Of a DNA stretch of 64,000 bases, positions 35,490 to 47,495 are shown one piece after another. Below the pieces are notes generated by a model. The model was not told the origin of the DNA, did not search any database, and saw nothing but the letters and a program-made list of their open reading frames with translations. Every line of letters begins with the position of its first letter. The stretch's first letter is position 1. The translations under genes and the position numbers were made by a program. The stretch lies in the NCBI GenBank assembly GCA_043228905.1, contig JBHGNT010000003.1, positions 4,650,001-4,714,000 of the forward strand. Direction: 5' to 3'. The stretch comes from Azolla caroliniana (taxonomy: Eukaryota; Plantae; Polypodiophyta).

Positions 35490-38400
35490 TCACGACACCC
35501 ACCCCCTCTGAACTTGCACATTGGTTGTGCAGAGTTCATCCAACACTTCTTCCGATTCTTTTAGTTCTTCTACTTCTTCATAAAATTCGAGCTCTAATGA
35601 CTCCCTCCTTTTAAATATTTTAATCCTTTTTCCTGCAATTGGGATACGAATTTCTGTCCCATCTAATTCATTGAGGAAATATGTGGTTTTATCTGTTATT
35701 TTCCTAACTTCATAAGGTCCAAACCATCTTTTTGAAAACTTCCGAATAGTACTATATTGATTATCTAGACTACTATCATATACTAATACCCAATCTCCTT
35801 CTTGCACTTTTCTTGGTCGTATTCTTTTCATCTTGTCAAATCTGTCCTTATTCTTGATTCTTGCCTTTTTCAATCTAGTAGCTGCTTTTTCTATGTCTTC
35901 TGTCCTTGATTGAAGTTGTCATATTCGAACCGCAAGTAAATCTTCCCTACTCATTTCCGATTCCCAAGGCAACACAGCCCATGTAGTTATCTTTTCTTCA
36001 ATTGGCATTATTGGCTTCTGTCCTGTGATTAATTCTGCAGGCATATATCCAGTAACAGTGTTGTGAGTTGTCCTATCAGCCCATAGTGCATAGGGTAAGG
36101 TTTTTGGCCAATCACTGACCCGTCCTCTACATGCCTTTGCCAAAGCTTTGACTATTGGCCCATGTCCCCTTTCTACCTTTCCATTAGCTTCTGGATTGTA
36201 CGCCGTTGTCAAAGAAAGCCGAATTCCTATTTTGTCAAAAAAATCTTGAGCTTCCGCAGAATTGAGTTCTCCCCTATCTGCCACTATCTTCCCGATACAT
36301 CCATATCTACAAACAATGTCCTCCAAAATGAATTGACATACTCCTAATGTCCCTTTTGTTCGCAATGAACGGCCTTCCACTTGATTTGTTAGATCTTCTC
36401 TAGCAAGAACCAAGTATCTCTTTTGTCCTACTCCAAGTGGCATTGTTACCAAATCTATCATCCACTTGTAATGCACCCCAGGTGAGTATGTTGGGTGTAA
36501 TTCATCACAAAATTTTACATTTGAATAATATTGACAAGTGGGACAAGTTTCCACATACTTTTTTATTTGCTCATAGTATCGAGGCCACCAAAATCGTTCT
36601 TTAATCTTACTGAAAGTGGCCCAAACCCCTCGATGACCAGCCCATTCTTTGTCATGCAGCTCTCTGATTATCTCCTTTCTTTGCCCTTCAAAACCTATTA
36701 CTCTTTGCGGGTTTCCAATCTTGGTTTTCGGATGTCGCCATAGATATCCTTCATGCAGGAAGAACTTATGGGCTTTCTTGCGAAACTGTGTGAACTCTTT
36801 TCCAGATCGACCTTTGTACTTGTCAAGGGTTTGTACGTATTTCCCTATTTCCTTGAATTCTTCTTCATACTCCTCTTCTAGAAACTGCATTCCTCCTTCC
36901 CGGGTAATGCTTGTGGTAAGGACTATTTGTTCTTTGTCCTCATCGTCCGAGTCTGGAATCTCCTCTTCCTCATACCTTGCTCTTGATAACATATCTGCTA
37001 CTGCATTTCTATTCCCAGAGATATGTCGAACTTCAGGGTTGACTGATCTAATATAGATACACCATCTTAACATGGCTTGATCTGGAATATCACAATTAGC
37101 TATGATACCAAGAATAGGCAAACAATCTGTTTCTATTATTACTTCAGCACCAATTAAGTAATCTCTGTTTGTCTTTACTGTTGTTACTATCCCCCATAAC
37201 TCTCTTTTAACCTGTGCATATTTTCTTTGTCGACCACTAAGAACCTTTGCTCCGAATCGGACTGGATACTTTCCTTCCCCATCTTGTTGGCTTATCACCC
37301 GTCTAATTCCAATGGGACTAGAGTCTACTGTGAGATATATGGGTCGGGTGTAGTCAGGTTGCTTTAATGGTGGGGCTTGTGCTAAGTAGTACTTCAATTT
37401 CTTCATTGCCTTTGAATGCTCTTCACTCCATTCAAATATCTCTCCTTTTCTTAGGAGTCTATATAAAGGTTCAGATAAATGGGCATAATGCGGAATCCAT
37501 TTACAATAAAAAACACATACCCCCAGAAACCTTCGTACTTTTGAGACGGATGTACATTCCTCTTGCATATTTTGAATTGCATTGACCTTGGTTGGGGATG
37601 GCTTTCTCCCGTATGGGCCACACATATGACCAAATATTAATATCTCTTTTGCCCCAAATATTGACTTCACCCCTGATAAGGTCAAATGCACTTCTTCCAT
37701 CCTTGATAGCACCTTCTCACAATCCTTGATATGATCAGCAACAAATTGACGGCAACCACTTTCATCCAATTCCTCGTTCTTCTCTTCCTCCTTGCATCCC
37801 TTAATTGGAACATCATCTAGAAAAGGCATTGTAATATGAGGAATAAAATCACGAAGTACCTTGTTCATTCCATTCATCATATGCGCCACTGAGTTGGTCG
37901 CTCCTTGCGGCAAGGTGCACATCTGTACTAACCCTATAGGTGTCTTGATAGAAGTTATATCTCGACTTTTGAGAGCAAGTTGAAATTGATCATACCCGGA
38001 ATAAAGGTCTCCCATTGAATATATAGCTCTTCCTGCAAACATCTCAGCAAACTCATCCACAATTGGCCCTACTCCCGAGTTTCGGATTGTTACCTTATTC
38101 ACGGGTTGCATATCTTGTATAAATCGGAGTCGCCCATCTTTCTTTAACACAGTGAACCATCGACTTGAGTAAGGAGCGTTCGATGGTTCCAAGATACCCA
38201 TCCTTATCTTTTCTTTCAAAAGTTCTAATAGTTGAGGGATTCTACCCTAGGCATGGGTATTGGCTTAAAGTTCCATGGAATATGAGGGATAGTGAATATA
38301 ACCATGGGCTCCACAATTTCTGGATCCACACACCCTATTTCCTCCGGTTGGAATGCGAACGCCTTTCCATGCCTTTTTAACATCTCCCTGAACTGCTTTT

Positions 38401-38953
38401 CTTCAACGGGTAATAGGAAGTCACCCCCTCCTATTTTCATCCCTTGTATTGTTTCCGGAGTAAACACATGTCCTACCTTTCGTGGGTCTTTGATCATTGG
38501 CTCTGTGGCTGCTTCTTTGATTGCCTTTTCACTATCCCCTGGAAGTGGAGCAACAATAGGACAAACCTTCTTCTCCACTGTCTTGTATTTTGTTAGTACA
38601 TGTGCTTCATGATCCTTTCGAGCAACTTCTTCAATGACCTCGTACATCTTGATTGAATGGACAAGAACTTGGATTTCGTTGTCTTCTTCCATTGCTTCCA
38701 AATGAGTTATTGTATCTTCAAAAGTTAATTCTTCAAACATATCTTGAATTTCTTCATCATCCTCTATTAATCCAGAACACTTAAAGTACTCGAAAGCATT
38801 TTGTATTTTATTATTATTTACTTTTAGTATAAAAGTAGCACCATTAGATGAGATTGTACAAGGAATATCTTTATTTACATTATTATTTATGGGGTTTTCT
38901 TTTATGTTCGGGCTATCACAGCCCCTACCTGTAAAAGCCCTATCTAAAAATCC
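35490..38953 (-). pseudogene. Gypsy RT-RNase H-integrase
   Basis: ORFs 38225..38740, 35919..38219, 35490..35873 with DLYSGYDQF, LPQGATNSV, PFLDD, LTVDSS, GHRG, CPTC, IVADRG, YNPEANGKVER, WFGPY. Confidence 0.95.
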
Positions 38954-41058
38954 TGGGAAAACTCTTCATCCATCACTTGAATTGGATGTTCCATCAAGCA
39001 TTCTTTGTTTCTTTGATGGTTGGGCCTCATGGTTAAGAATTGGACAGTCTTTCTTCCATCTTGACTCTTGATTCTCGCGAAAGCCGAACCATCATCAATA
39101 ACCTTTGTTTCCATCCTCACTGCAGTGATGTAGGGCTGACCAAGGATGATGGGGTAGGTTGATCGATCTTGCACAAAGCAATGTTGATTCACCGACACAT
39201 CACCAATTGTTACCTTCACACTAGGACATGCTCCAAATAGATCCTCCGTAGTCTCTGTGGCAACTCTTATTTTCCACCCATGATTCTTGTTGATCGGCCA
39301 CCGTCCTCGAGCGTAAAATTCCGATGACATCATGTTAATCTCGGATCCATGATCGATCAAAGCAATACATGGAATTTGCTGCTCCCCAATTTTTGCAGGT
39401 GCCTCCGTTGTTGCTCGAGCCCAATGGTCCCTTGTATAGTGACTCCTATCCCCTTCATGGACGCCAACATCATTTTGGTTTTTTACACTTGCAGCATTGA
39501 TGGTGCCACCATACAAATCTTGGAGTGTTGTTGCACACCCTCCCGTAATTTCCTCCATCACCTGTCTCTTCCTTCTAATAATATCTATGATAACTTCATG
39601 AAATTCTTTCTTTGCTATACCCAACACTTCTCTTAAAGTAAATTCTACCTTACTATTCAGCATTCTTGTTTCTAATACCTTTTTTATATCCGTCGTTGTT
39701 TCTATGTCTGAGGCAAGCTTGAAAGATGGGCCTATCTTTCCTTTTACTTTATCAGCTTCCTTCGGCTCAGTAGCACCCTTTTCTATCTCCCTTCTCTTCT
39801 GTTCTCGTGTCTCATGTCTCTTTGTCGGATCAGCTTCCTCGGCTCTCTTCCGCTTCTCTTCCACTAGCACATCTTGTGCATTCACTTGGGCGAATGCTGA
39901 TAGCGCGTCTACTGGATCATTCCATCTAGTGAAGTTACGTATTTCATCTCCCGCTCTTTTTAATTCGTCCCCTCGAACCTTCCCTTTTCTTGCATAATCC
40001 ATCACATCTTGCCAAAAGTCAGATCCACCATATGAGTCTTCTACGCGCAACCCTAAGGTTGCCACGGATTGTATCGCTTGAGTCGTTTCTCTCTCGGCAT
40101 CTTCCATTAGCTTTTTCATTCCTCCTCGCCCGAAGTTGAGTTGAAGTGGTTGTCGAGTCTCTGTCGAGTGAATCTTGCCCTCTTGATAGTAGATTTTATT
40201 ATGATTAAGAGCATCCCTATGCTCTTGACAATCTTTCTTCTAGTGGTCAATACTATCACACCACATACACCTTCGGACCATTCCACCTCCCTGCCTTGAT
40301 GAAGTCGAGCTTTGTCCCGATTCTAGCTTCGTCACTTTGATCGACAAGTCTTTCATACCTTTCACCAATTCGTGTAAGAGTGATTCTTCTACTTTCTTTT
40401 CTCCCGACTCGTTCCCTGTTTCTTCATCATTTCTGTCGGGCAACTCCATAAACCATAACTTTCTTTTGCAGAAATGGGCACACACCCTTTTCACCTCCTC
40501 CCAGTCTTCGGTAAGTCCACTTGGACTATTCTGATCTTCTAAAAGCATTCCCAAGTCCTTCCTGTCTTTAATATTAATAGCTTGTAGGAACAATATGACT
40601 TTATCTGGCACTATTATATTTCTATCTCTAACATTTAGTTGCTCAAATCTTTCAGAAAACTCTTTTAATACTTCCAAAACACTTAAATGTTTATTAGACT
40701 CTACCCAATCCATGAAGGCTCGCCTTGTCATCCTTGACATATCGTTGAGGTTGTATTCATTTAGCAATGCTCTTTCGAAAGTTTCCCATGTCTAATGTTC
40801 CCTTTGTAGCTCCTGGATCCTTTCTTGTAGCCCAATCGTAGCGACTCGACTAAAGCTATTAATTTTTGCAGCTTCGTCGACACCGCGTTTAAGCATTTCT
40901 TCATTATAAATCTTCAGAAATCTTGTTAAATTTATACCTTCGAAGATTCCTACTCGTGCGAGAATATTGTAGACGGCTTTGTCGATGCTTGCCATCATCC
41001 CTTGTTCCCGCATCACTAGTTCCATCATCGTACACATAAGCCTCATTTGCTCCTCCAT
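38944..41058 (-). pseudogene. Gypsy gag-protease
   Basis: ORFs 40792..41058, 40240..40767 (CMWCDSIDH knuckle) and 38944..40119 (ALIDHGSEINMM, IILGQPY). Confidence 0.9.
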
Positions 41059-41075
41059 TTCTCCTTGTCGCCGCC

Positions 41076-41093
41076 TTCACATCGGGTTCACCA
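41076..41093 (-). other. PBS complementary to tRNA-Trp
   Basis: TTCACATCGGGTTCACCA matches the plant tRNA-Trp 3' end TTCACGTCGGGTTCACCA (recalled, not searched) with one mismatch, 4 nt from the LTR. Confidence 0.75.
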
Positions 41094-42034
41094 AATGTGT
41101 CGAGGTAGTTGTGGTTTGTGCGGCGAAGTCGCGGGGACTAAGGTTAAGGGGAGTTGAAGAAACTTAATTTTTAATAAGGCTTGTATGGTGATGTTAGAAA
41201 GGTTAAGAGTAGCAAGAAGAAGAGTTACGAGTAATGTGTGTGAGAGAGAGACGAGAATAGATAGAAGATAGAGACAATATATGATTCAAGAAACAAGATA
41301 GAGACAAAATATGATTTAAGAAGGAAGATTGAGACAAAGTATGAATCAAGAAGCAAGAATATTTGATATAAACATGATGAAAAAGACAATATTTTACCAA
41401 CTTTACAATCTTTGATCGCAAACTGAACACATTCTCTACCGACCCCTGATTTGAACCCTCGACTTCAACTCTGAGAGACAAGACACTTCCCCAAATGAGC
41501 TAGCTTCTTTGCTTGATAAATTGTCTGATTTCTTACTTTCTCCTCCTTGATTCCTTACCCTATTTTCCCCTTGCCCCTCTTTATATAAGTGTTGCCATGC
41601 ATATGGTAATGTATGGGAGCATGGCATGCATGCAATGCATGAGTTACATGTAATGCATGATCGCCATTTGGCGCACATGCATTGCAGGTGATGAATGATG
41701 GCTATGTATGAAAATAGATATGGGATAAGTATAATGATGAAAATGCATTCGAAAATTACTAACCTAGCTTAGTGGTGTATGCTTGGTGCTTGGTATACAA
41801 GGTTGAGGGTTCAAGTCCCTCAATTTTACTTAATACAATATATAGCTTCGTTCTTATATCATGAAGCACATTTATTACACACTTTTACAAATAAATAGCC
41901 TAGCCTAGTGGTATGCACATTGTACATCGTTAATAAGGATGTGGGTTCAAGTCTCTCAAATATTATTAAATACAACATTTAAGCTCATTTTTATATCGTG
42001 AAGCACATTCTTCACGACAACGTGACCGTTGAGG

Positions 42035-43276
42035 TCACATTTGTAAATAGTCCCAAAGTTATATAAGTATAAATATAACTAGGGCAATACTATTATGAAA
42101 AATATGATCATTGTAGTTGTTCTGTTGTATCATTGTACAGAGAGAGAGAGAGGGATAGAGAGAGAGAGAGAGAGAGATTATATTATCATCTTTGGAGGTC
42201 AAATATAACCTATGAGACCAAAAATATTACATTTCACATGATATGTGTGAAAGTGAGTACTGACTCTCGATGTTCAAGAACTTTACCAATGAATGCTGCA
42301 ATCGAGAGTGCACATTGTGGTTGTGAGAGGAATTCATTCGAAGGATTCGGCTTGGTCGAAGAGATATGGAAAGCGTGGTCGAATATGATCAAAGGCAGAG
42401 CATTGTATCAAAGTGTGATACTCAGACTCGCAAACTTGTTTAGGGCAAAGTGTGCATAGCCAACCACTCTCATCACTTGGACATTTTTAAACTCTTTCCA
42501 CATAGATTTCAGGATGTTACCGCCCCATACTTCCACCCCATAGAGAAGAACCGGTGTCACCAGTGTCGAAAAGCTATTTCTTGAGGACCCAACACTTAAT
42601 ATCTCCAAGATTGCATGTATTCTCAAATGCATAGTATGCTCGCTTAGCCGCCTCTAAACGACGTGTAGCACATTCATTCCATCTATGATTTGAAGGAACT
42701 TCAAGGCCAAGATATTTGAAGCTTTCCACACATTCAAGTAGCTCATTGTACATAATGCATGGTTTATCTCTTTTTTGGCTCTTCACAAGCATAATCTTTG
42801 GTTTAGAGCTATTGACACTTAAATTAGTATGCATGCAAGTTTTTTCGAATGCCTTCATAAGCTTTTGTGCATCTCCTAAAGTATTTGCAAAAATCACTAC
42901 ATCATCTGCATATAGCAAAAGCATAATCACAACATTCCCAATGGCAACTTCTTCAACACATTCTTCCTTTTCAAAAGCATAATCACAACATAATCACAAG
43001 AGAGAGAGAGAGAGATACAAAACATTTTTCTGTTGTAACAGCCGGTTGGTGAAGGCATAGAGCTCGAGGTTGTTGCCTTTGAGTCTCACATTATATCTGT
43101 CCTGTTATAGTGATAGTTGGAGTCTGTGGGCTCCACGATTTTTCCCGATTAGGGGTTTCCACATTAACTTCTGGTGTCATCTCATTCTATGTAAGTGCAT
43201 TGATCCTCCTCTTTGTTTTCTTTTTTCTTCCATAGAGTGTTTAAGGTTCAGTTGTGACCGAGCACTATTCTGCACA
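42035..43276 (+). mobile_element. Partial Copia LTR interrupted by a LINE
   Basis: TATA-hairpin region, (GA)n, TGTTGTAAC.GCC, GGGTTTCCAC motifs shared with other Copia LTRs in the window. Confidence 0.7.
42170..42998 (-). mobile_element. Second, internally deleted copy of the RTE/RTEX-like LINE
   Basis: Reverse-strand homologue of 27650-28145 joined to 28690-28985; LLYADD, FKYLG; inserted in the (GA)n tract. Confidence 0.9.
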
Positions 43277-43561
43277 GAATCGACTAAGTTGCCCAAACAG
43301 CTAAACCAACCAAGGCACCAACCCTTCTGTCGATCGATCGCGAAGAAGGAGAGGATGATTCGACATCGCCGAAATCCTATTTCAGGGGGAGGTCATCCAA
43401 AAGGGCTCCTGAAAATGGTCTAAGTACTGTCAATTAGCCAACAACGCCGAAGGATCCAAACCAATCAACTCGGCACCCAAGAGATTCGGATGAGTTCGAA
43501 GGCCAACAGAGTTTTATAAACCAGGCCTCAACTATGCCAGCTACACGGATGCAGGTGAACC
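43277..43561 (+). pseudogene. Copia integrase-RT linker fragment
   Basis: FYKPGLNYASYTDAGEP, homologous to the reverse of 62400-62680. Confidence 0.6.
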
Positions 43562-46328
43562 TGTCAGCCAATTCGTTAAAGTTCTCTCTTCTCTTAAGGC
43601 ACAGTATCTCCGAGCATGGTCTTGGGCTAGTAAGTTAGACACAAATTGTAATCTTTTGGAGAGCCAATCCACCAGCTGGTAAGAGGGCCCGAACTATAGT
43701 AGGGCTGTTGGTGGAATATCTGGCAAGCCAAGGACCTTGTCCGGGGACATTGTCAACGCTTTCCTCTTCTCTATTTCACTTCTTTGGTCTTGTTCAACGG
43801 TGCCGATAGTCGATAGTTCTTCTCTTTGCGATTGCTACGTTGATTGCTGATTTCGACTCTTCTACTCTTGATCGGCATACTCTCCTACGCCAGTGGTTGT
43901 TTGGTTGGGACGCGTTATGGGCCGACCATTGTCTCTTCTACTTCCGTCTTGTTTGCTTTGATTGTGGCCAATTAACTTCCTGTTGTTCAAGTTGGGTTGC
44001 AGGGGTTGGCTCTGGTTGGGGCTGGTGGTCGGGTTCGGGGATTGGGTTTGGTTCCGGTTGTTCATGGGTGTCAGGTGTTGTTTGATGTGTCGGATCCGGT
44101 TCTTGTTGGTTGTCGGGGGCGGTTGTTGGCTCAAGTTCTTGCCATTCATTGTGGCGTATTGTTTGGCATACCGATTCCTTCGGCCTTGCCTGTGACAACT
44201 ATCCCTTTTCCTTCTTTGAGGGCTTATGTCCTGTATCAGCTACCAGTACGGGACATAATACTGCCAACCACCGAGCAAAAATTGGTTTCATGGCTTTCCC
44301 ATTCTGCACCCCGTGCAATTGTTCTTGGAGTGTGACACCCATGATGTATCCCCTATCGATTTCCTCCCCCTGATATGTAGTTATGATGAACCCAACCCTC
44401 TCTTTAGGCATGCAGTATTGTTGTGGATTCACACAAGCCATTTCGAAAAGAAATTTTGCGACATCATGGAAGAAAAGGTCCAGACCTCGTGTTCGATAGG
44501 CCAAAGGAGAGTACTCCCTGAAATATGATTCAAGCATTTCTGGGTCTAATGTGTCCATCATATCATAACCTTTTTTCTTTAGGTTTAAGAATCAACGCAC
44601 CTATTTGTTTGTGACTCTGTCGACATCGATTTCTTTGATTATTTCTTCTGCTTGAGGATGAGGTTCAATGTCAGCAACTCAAAGATAGCCCTCTAGCCCG
44701 TTTGTCTTCAGCCATTAGCACAAATGTTTTGATACTTGCATCGACATGTTGTCTTCTGCTTCTTCTGTGTGGATGACCTGCTGTGGTCGGTACTTGGCGG
44801 AGAGAATTGAGTTGCTTTGCATATAACTTTGGTCGACTGCTTTTGTCTGTTTCACTCGTTGTTCGCCTGTGTGAGGATGATGTTCGCTCTATTCGTGTGC
44901 GTTTTTCTATGATAGAGAAAGAAGTCGAAATTGGTCCATTATTCCAGAAAAAACATTAAAAATAGGATCTGCTATTAATGGCTCTTCAATAGCTACCACT
45001 CATAATTAAACTGAATCATTAGCGTGCCTATCCTTTTATAGTATGAAAAGGAGAACGCCAAGAAGTAATGATGACAAGATTGATTTTTTGTTACGTTTGT
45101 TGTTTGCCAAGATTTGATTTTTCTTTCCTTTTTTGTTTTTTTTTCTATTTTTTTTACTGTTATACCCTGTCGGATGAACCACCAAGTGTCCATTGCGTTG
45201 CCTTGTTCGAATTGGTTTGTCAGGATCGATTCATGATATAGCGTGAGTTGGAACCCATTGACCACTTAGGTAAGACTTGACCGGCTAATGTGTCGACTTG
45301 ATACATGCCATTGTTGCTATCGACAATCCAATAAGGATCGGTCCATCGAAATCTGAGCTTTCTAGGCATCACCCCCATTTTTGTTTGAAACACTAAGACC
45401 GGCTTACGGACGTTTAACAAGTTTTCTTTATTGTGTCAGTGTCGATCGACAAGCGCCTTAGTTTTCCTCTACTTTTGCTCCAAATGGCACATTGCTTGTA
45501 GTCGACTCTCTTCTAGCAAAAGAAGTTGTTCATTCCGAATCCATTCTGATTGCTCCTCATCTAGTCGTTTTGTTACTTGCACTCGAAAAGTCCTTTTATG
45601 CACTACTGCATAATAGTTGGATAATTCATGAATGACTTTATTTACAAAGTGAGTACCTTGATCGTTGACTATCTCGATTGGACATTTGAATTGGCACCAA
45701 ATGCATTAATAGAGGAATTTTGTTGTGGACCCTACTTATTATCCCGAAGAGCTTAGGCTTTGACCAATTTGGTATTGTAATCGGTAGCAACTATAATATA
45801 TCGGTTGCATGTCTTTGCAATTGCTAGTTTAAATGGTTCGGCAAAGTCGAGACCCCATTTGTAGAAAGGTTCTAACGGCAGAACCTGTTGATGCGGCATT
45901 CGATCTCGTTCAATTGGTTGGCCGATTCTTCGACACAAATTGGATTGCCAATAATAGTTGACTGCATCTTTCATAATTGTTGGCCACCATAGCCCACTGT
46001 TCCAAATCTTTCGAGCAGTCGTGTCGCCTGCATAATGTCCTCCAGCCACTCCGCAATGAGCTTCATGCAAAATCATTTCCTTCTCGAATTGTCAAACCGC
46101 ACGTCGCCATATGCCATCGGATCCTTTATGGTACAATGTTTCCTTGAGAAGACAAAAGTTCCGACTTCGAATTGTTAATCGTTTGCGCTCATCGGGTGAC
46201 ATGTCTTTTGGTGGTAATCCTGTATTGAGGAATATTGTCATTTCCATGATCCATAGGTCAGCTACATCCTGATCGACCTCGGTTGAAGTCACTGCTTCGA
46301 CTCAGAATAGTTGGGTATGGGGAAAATC
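43562..46328 (-). mobile_element. Non-chromovirus (Athila/Tat-like) Gypsy: integrase plus extra 3' ORF
   Basis: HEAHCGVAGGHYAG, KWGLDFA, IVATDY, KLRFRWTDPY; downstream degenerate ORF ~44830-43570 in the same orientation; RNase H continues at 56326-56520. Confidence 0.8.
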
Positions 46329-46598
46329 TTGGAGGAATCATTCTCAGCCACAAATGAGATCCAAACTCACAATAGAAGAAACAAAACAGAAATAAAATTA
46401 ATGCACTTACACATAATGAGACTACACAGTATGTTTACGTGGAAAACCTAGAGATGCAAAACCACGGGAGTTCGCAAACTCCGAACAAGATCACTATAGG
46501 GCAAAGGTACTACAATGTGAGACTTAGAGGCAACGACCTCGAGCTCTGTCTTCGCTAGTCGGCGGTTACAACAGAATAACTTTCTATCTATCTCTGTC

Positions 46599-46642
<44 letters not shown>

Positions 46643-47495
46643 CCTCGTTCTGTCTCTCTATACAACAATTATAATGATAAATAAGTAACTCTACAATATT
46701 GCAGTTATATTTATACTTTTATAACTTTGGGGCTATTTACAAATATGACCGCCCGGATATCTTCCGGATCCATACAGTCCAGTTCCTTCCTTCGACTCCT
46801 CCGATCCGGCTCGTCCGGTTCTCATTTGGAGGGACCAGTTTCCCAACAAACTCCCCCTTCACTCGGGTATGGGATGTCTTGCCAATCCGATCTGTTTCCG
46901 GCACATGTCCAACTTGTCGGCTGGCAACACCTTGGTCAACATGTTTGACCCGTTCTCCTCCGTATGGATCTTTGTGAGCGAAAACTCTTTGTCGTCTACC
47001 TTCTCCCGGAGCCAGTCATATCAACTTTAGATTTGCTTGGTCCAAGAGTGGTAGGCCACGTTCCTTGCAAGGTAGATGACACTTTGACTATTGTAGTAGA
47101 GTTGATATTCCTCCTACCGGATTCCTAGCTCTCCGATGAAGTCCTTCATCCAGATTACTTCCTTACTAACTTCCACGACTGCCATGTACTCCGCTTCTGT
47201 TATCGATAGTGCAATGGGCTTCTGTAGCCTCAACTGCCACGATACCACTCCCCCTGCATATGTCATGACATATTTGGACCTAGACCGGCTGGTATTTGCA
47301 TCAGCCGACATGTCCAAATCGGTGAAACCTTCCAATAGGGGTTTATTGGAGCTGAATCAGAGGCACGTGCTCGAGGTGCCTTTCAGGTACTGGAGTATCC
47401 ACTTGACATCGGCCTAGTGTGTTCTCTTCCCGGATTGCTCATGAACCGACCGACCACTCCGACTACATATTTGATGTCCGGTCGTGTACATGGCA

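Larger units (their letters stand above)
34573..42019 (-). mobile_element. Full-length tRNA-Trp-primed Gypsy (degenerate ORFs)
   Basis: LTRs 34573-35497 and 41098-42019 (TGTCG...CACGACA), reverse PPT at 35498, PBS 41076-41093, flanks ACGC/ACGT (4-bp TSD). Confidence 0.95.
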
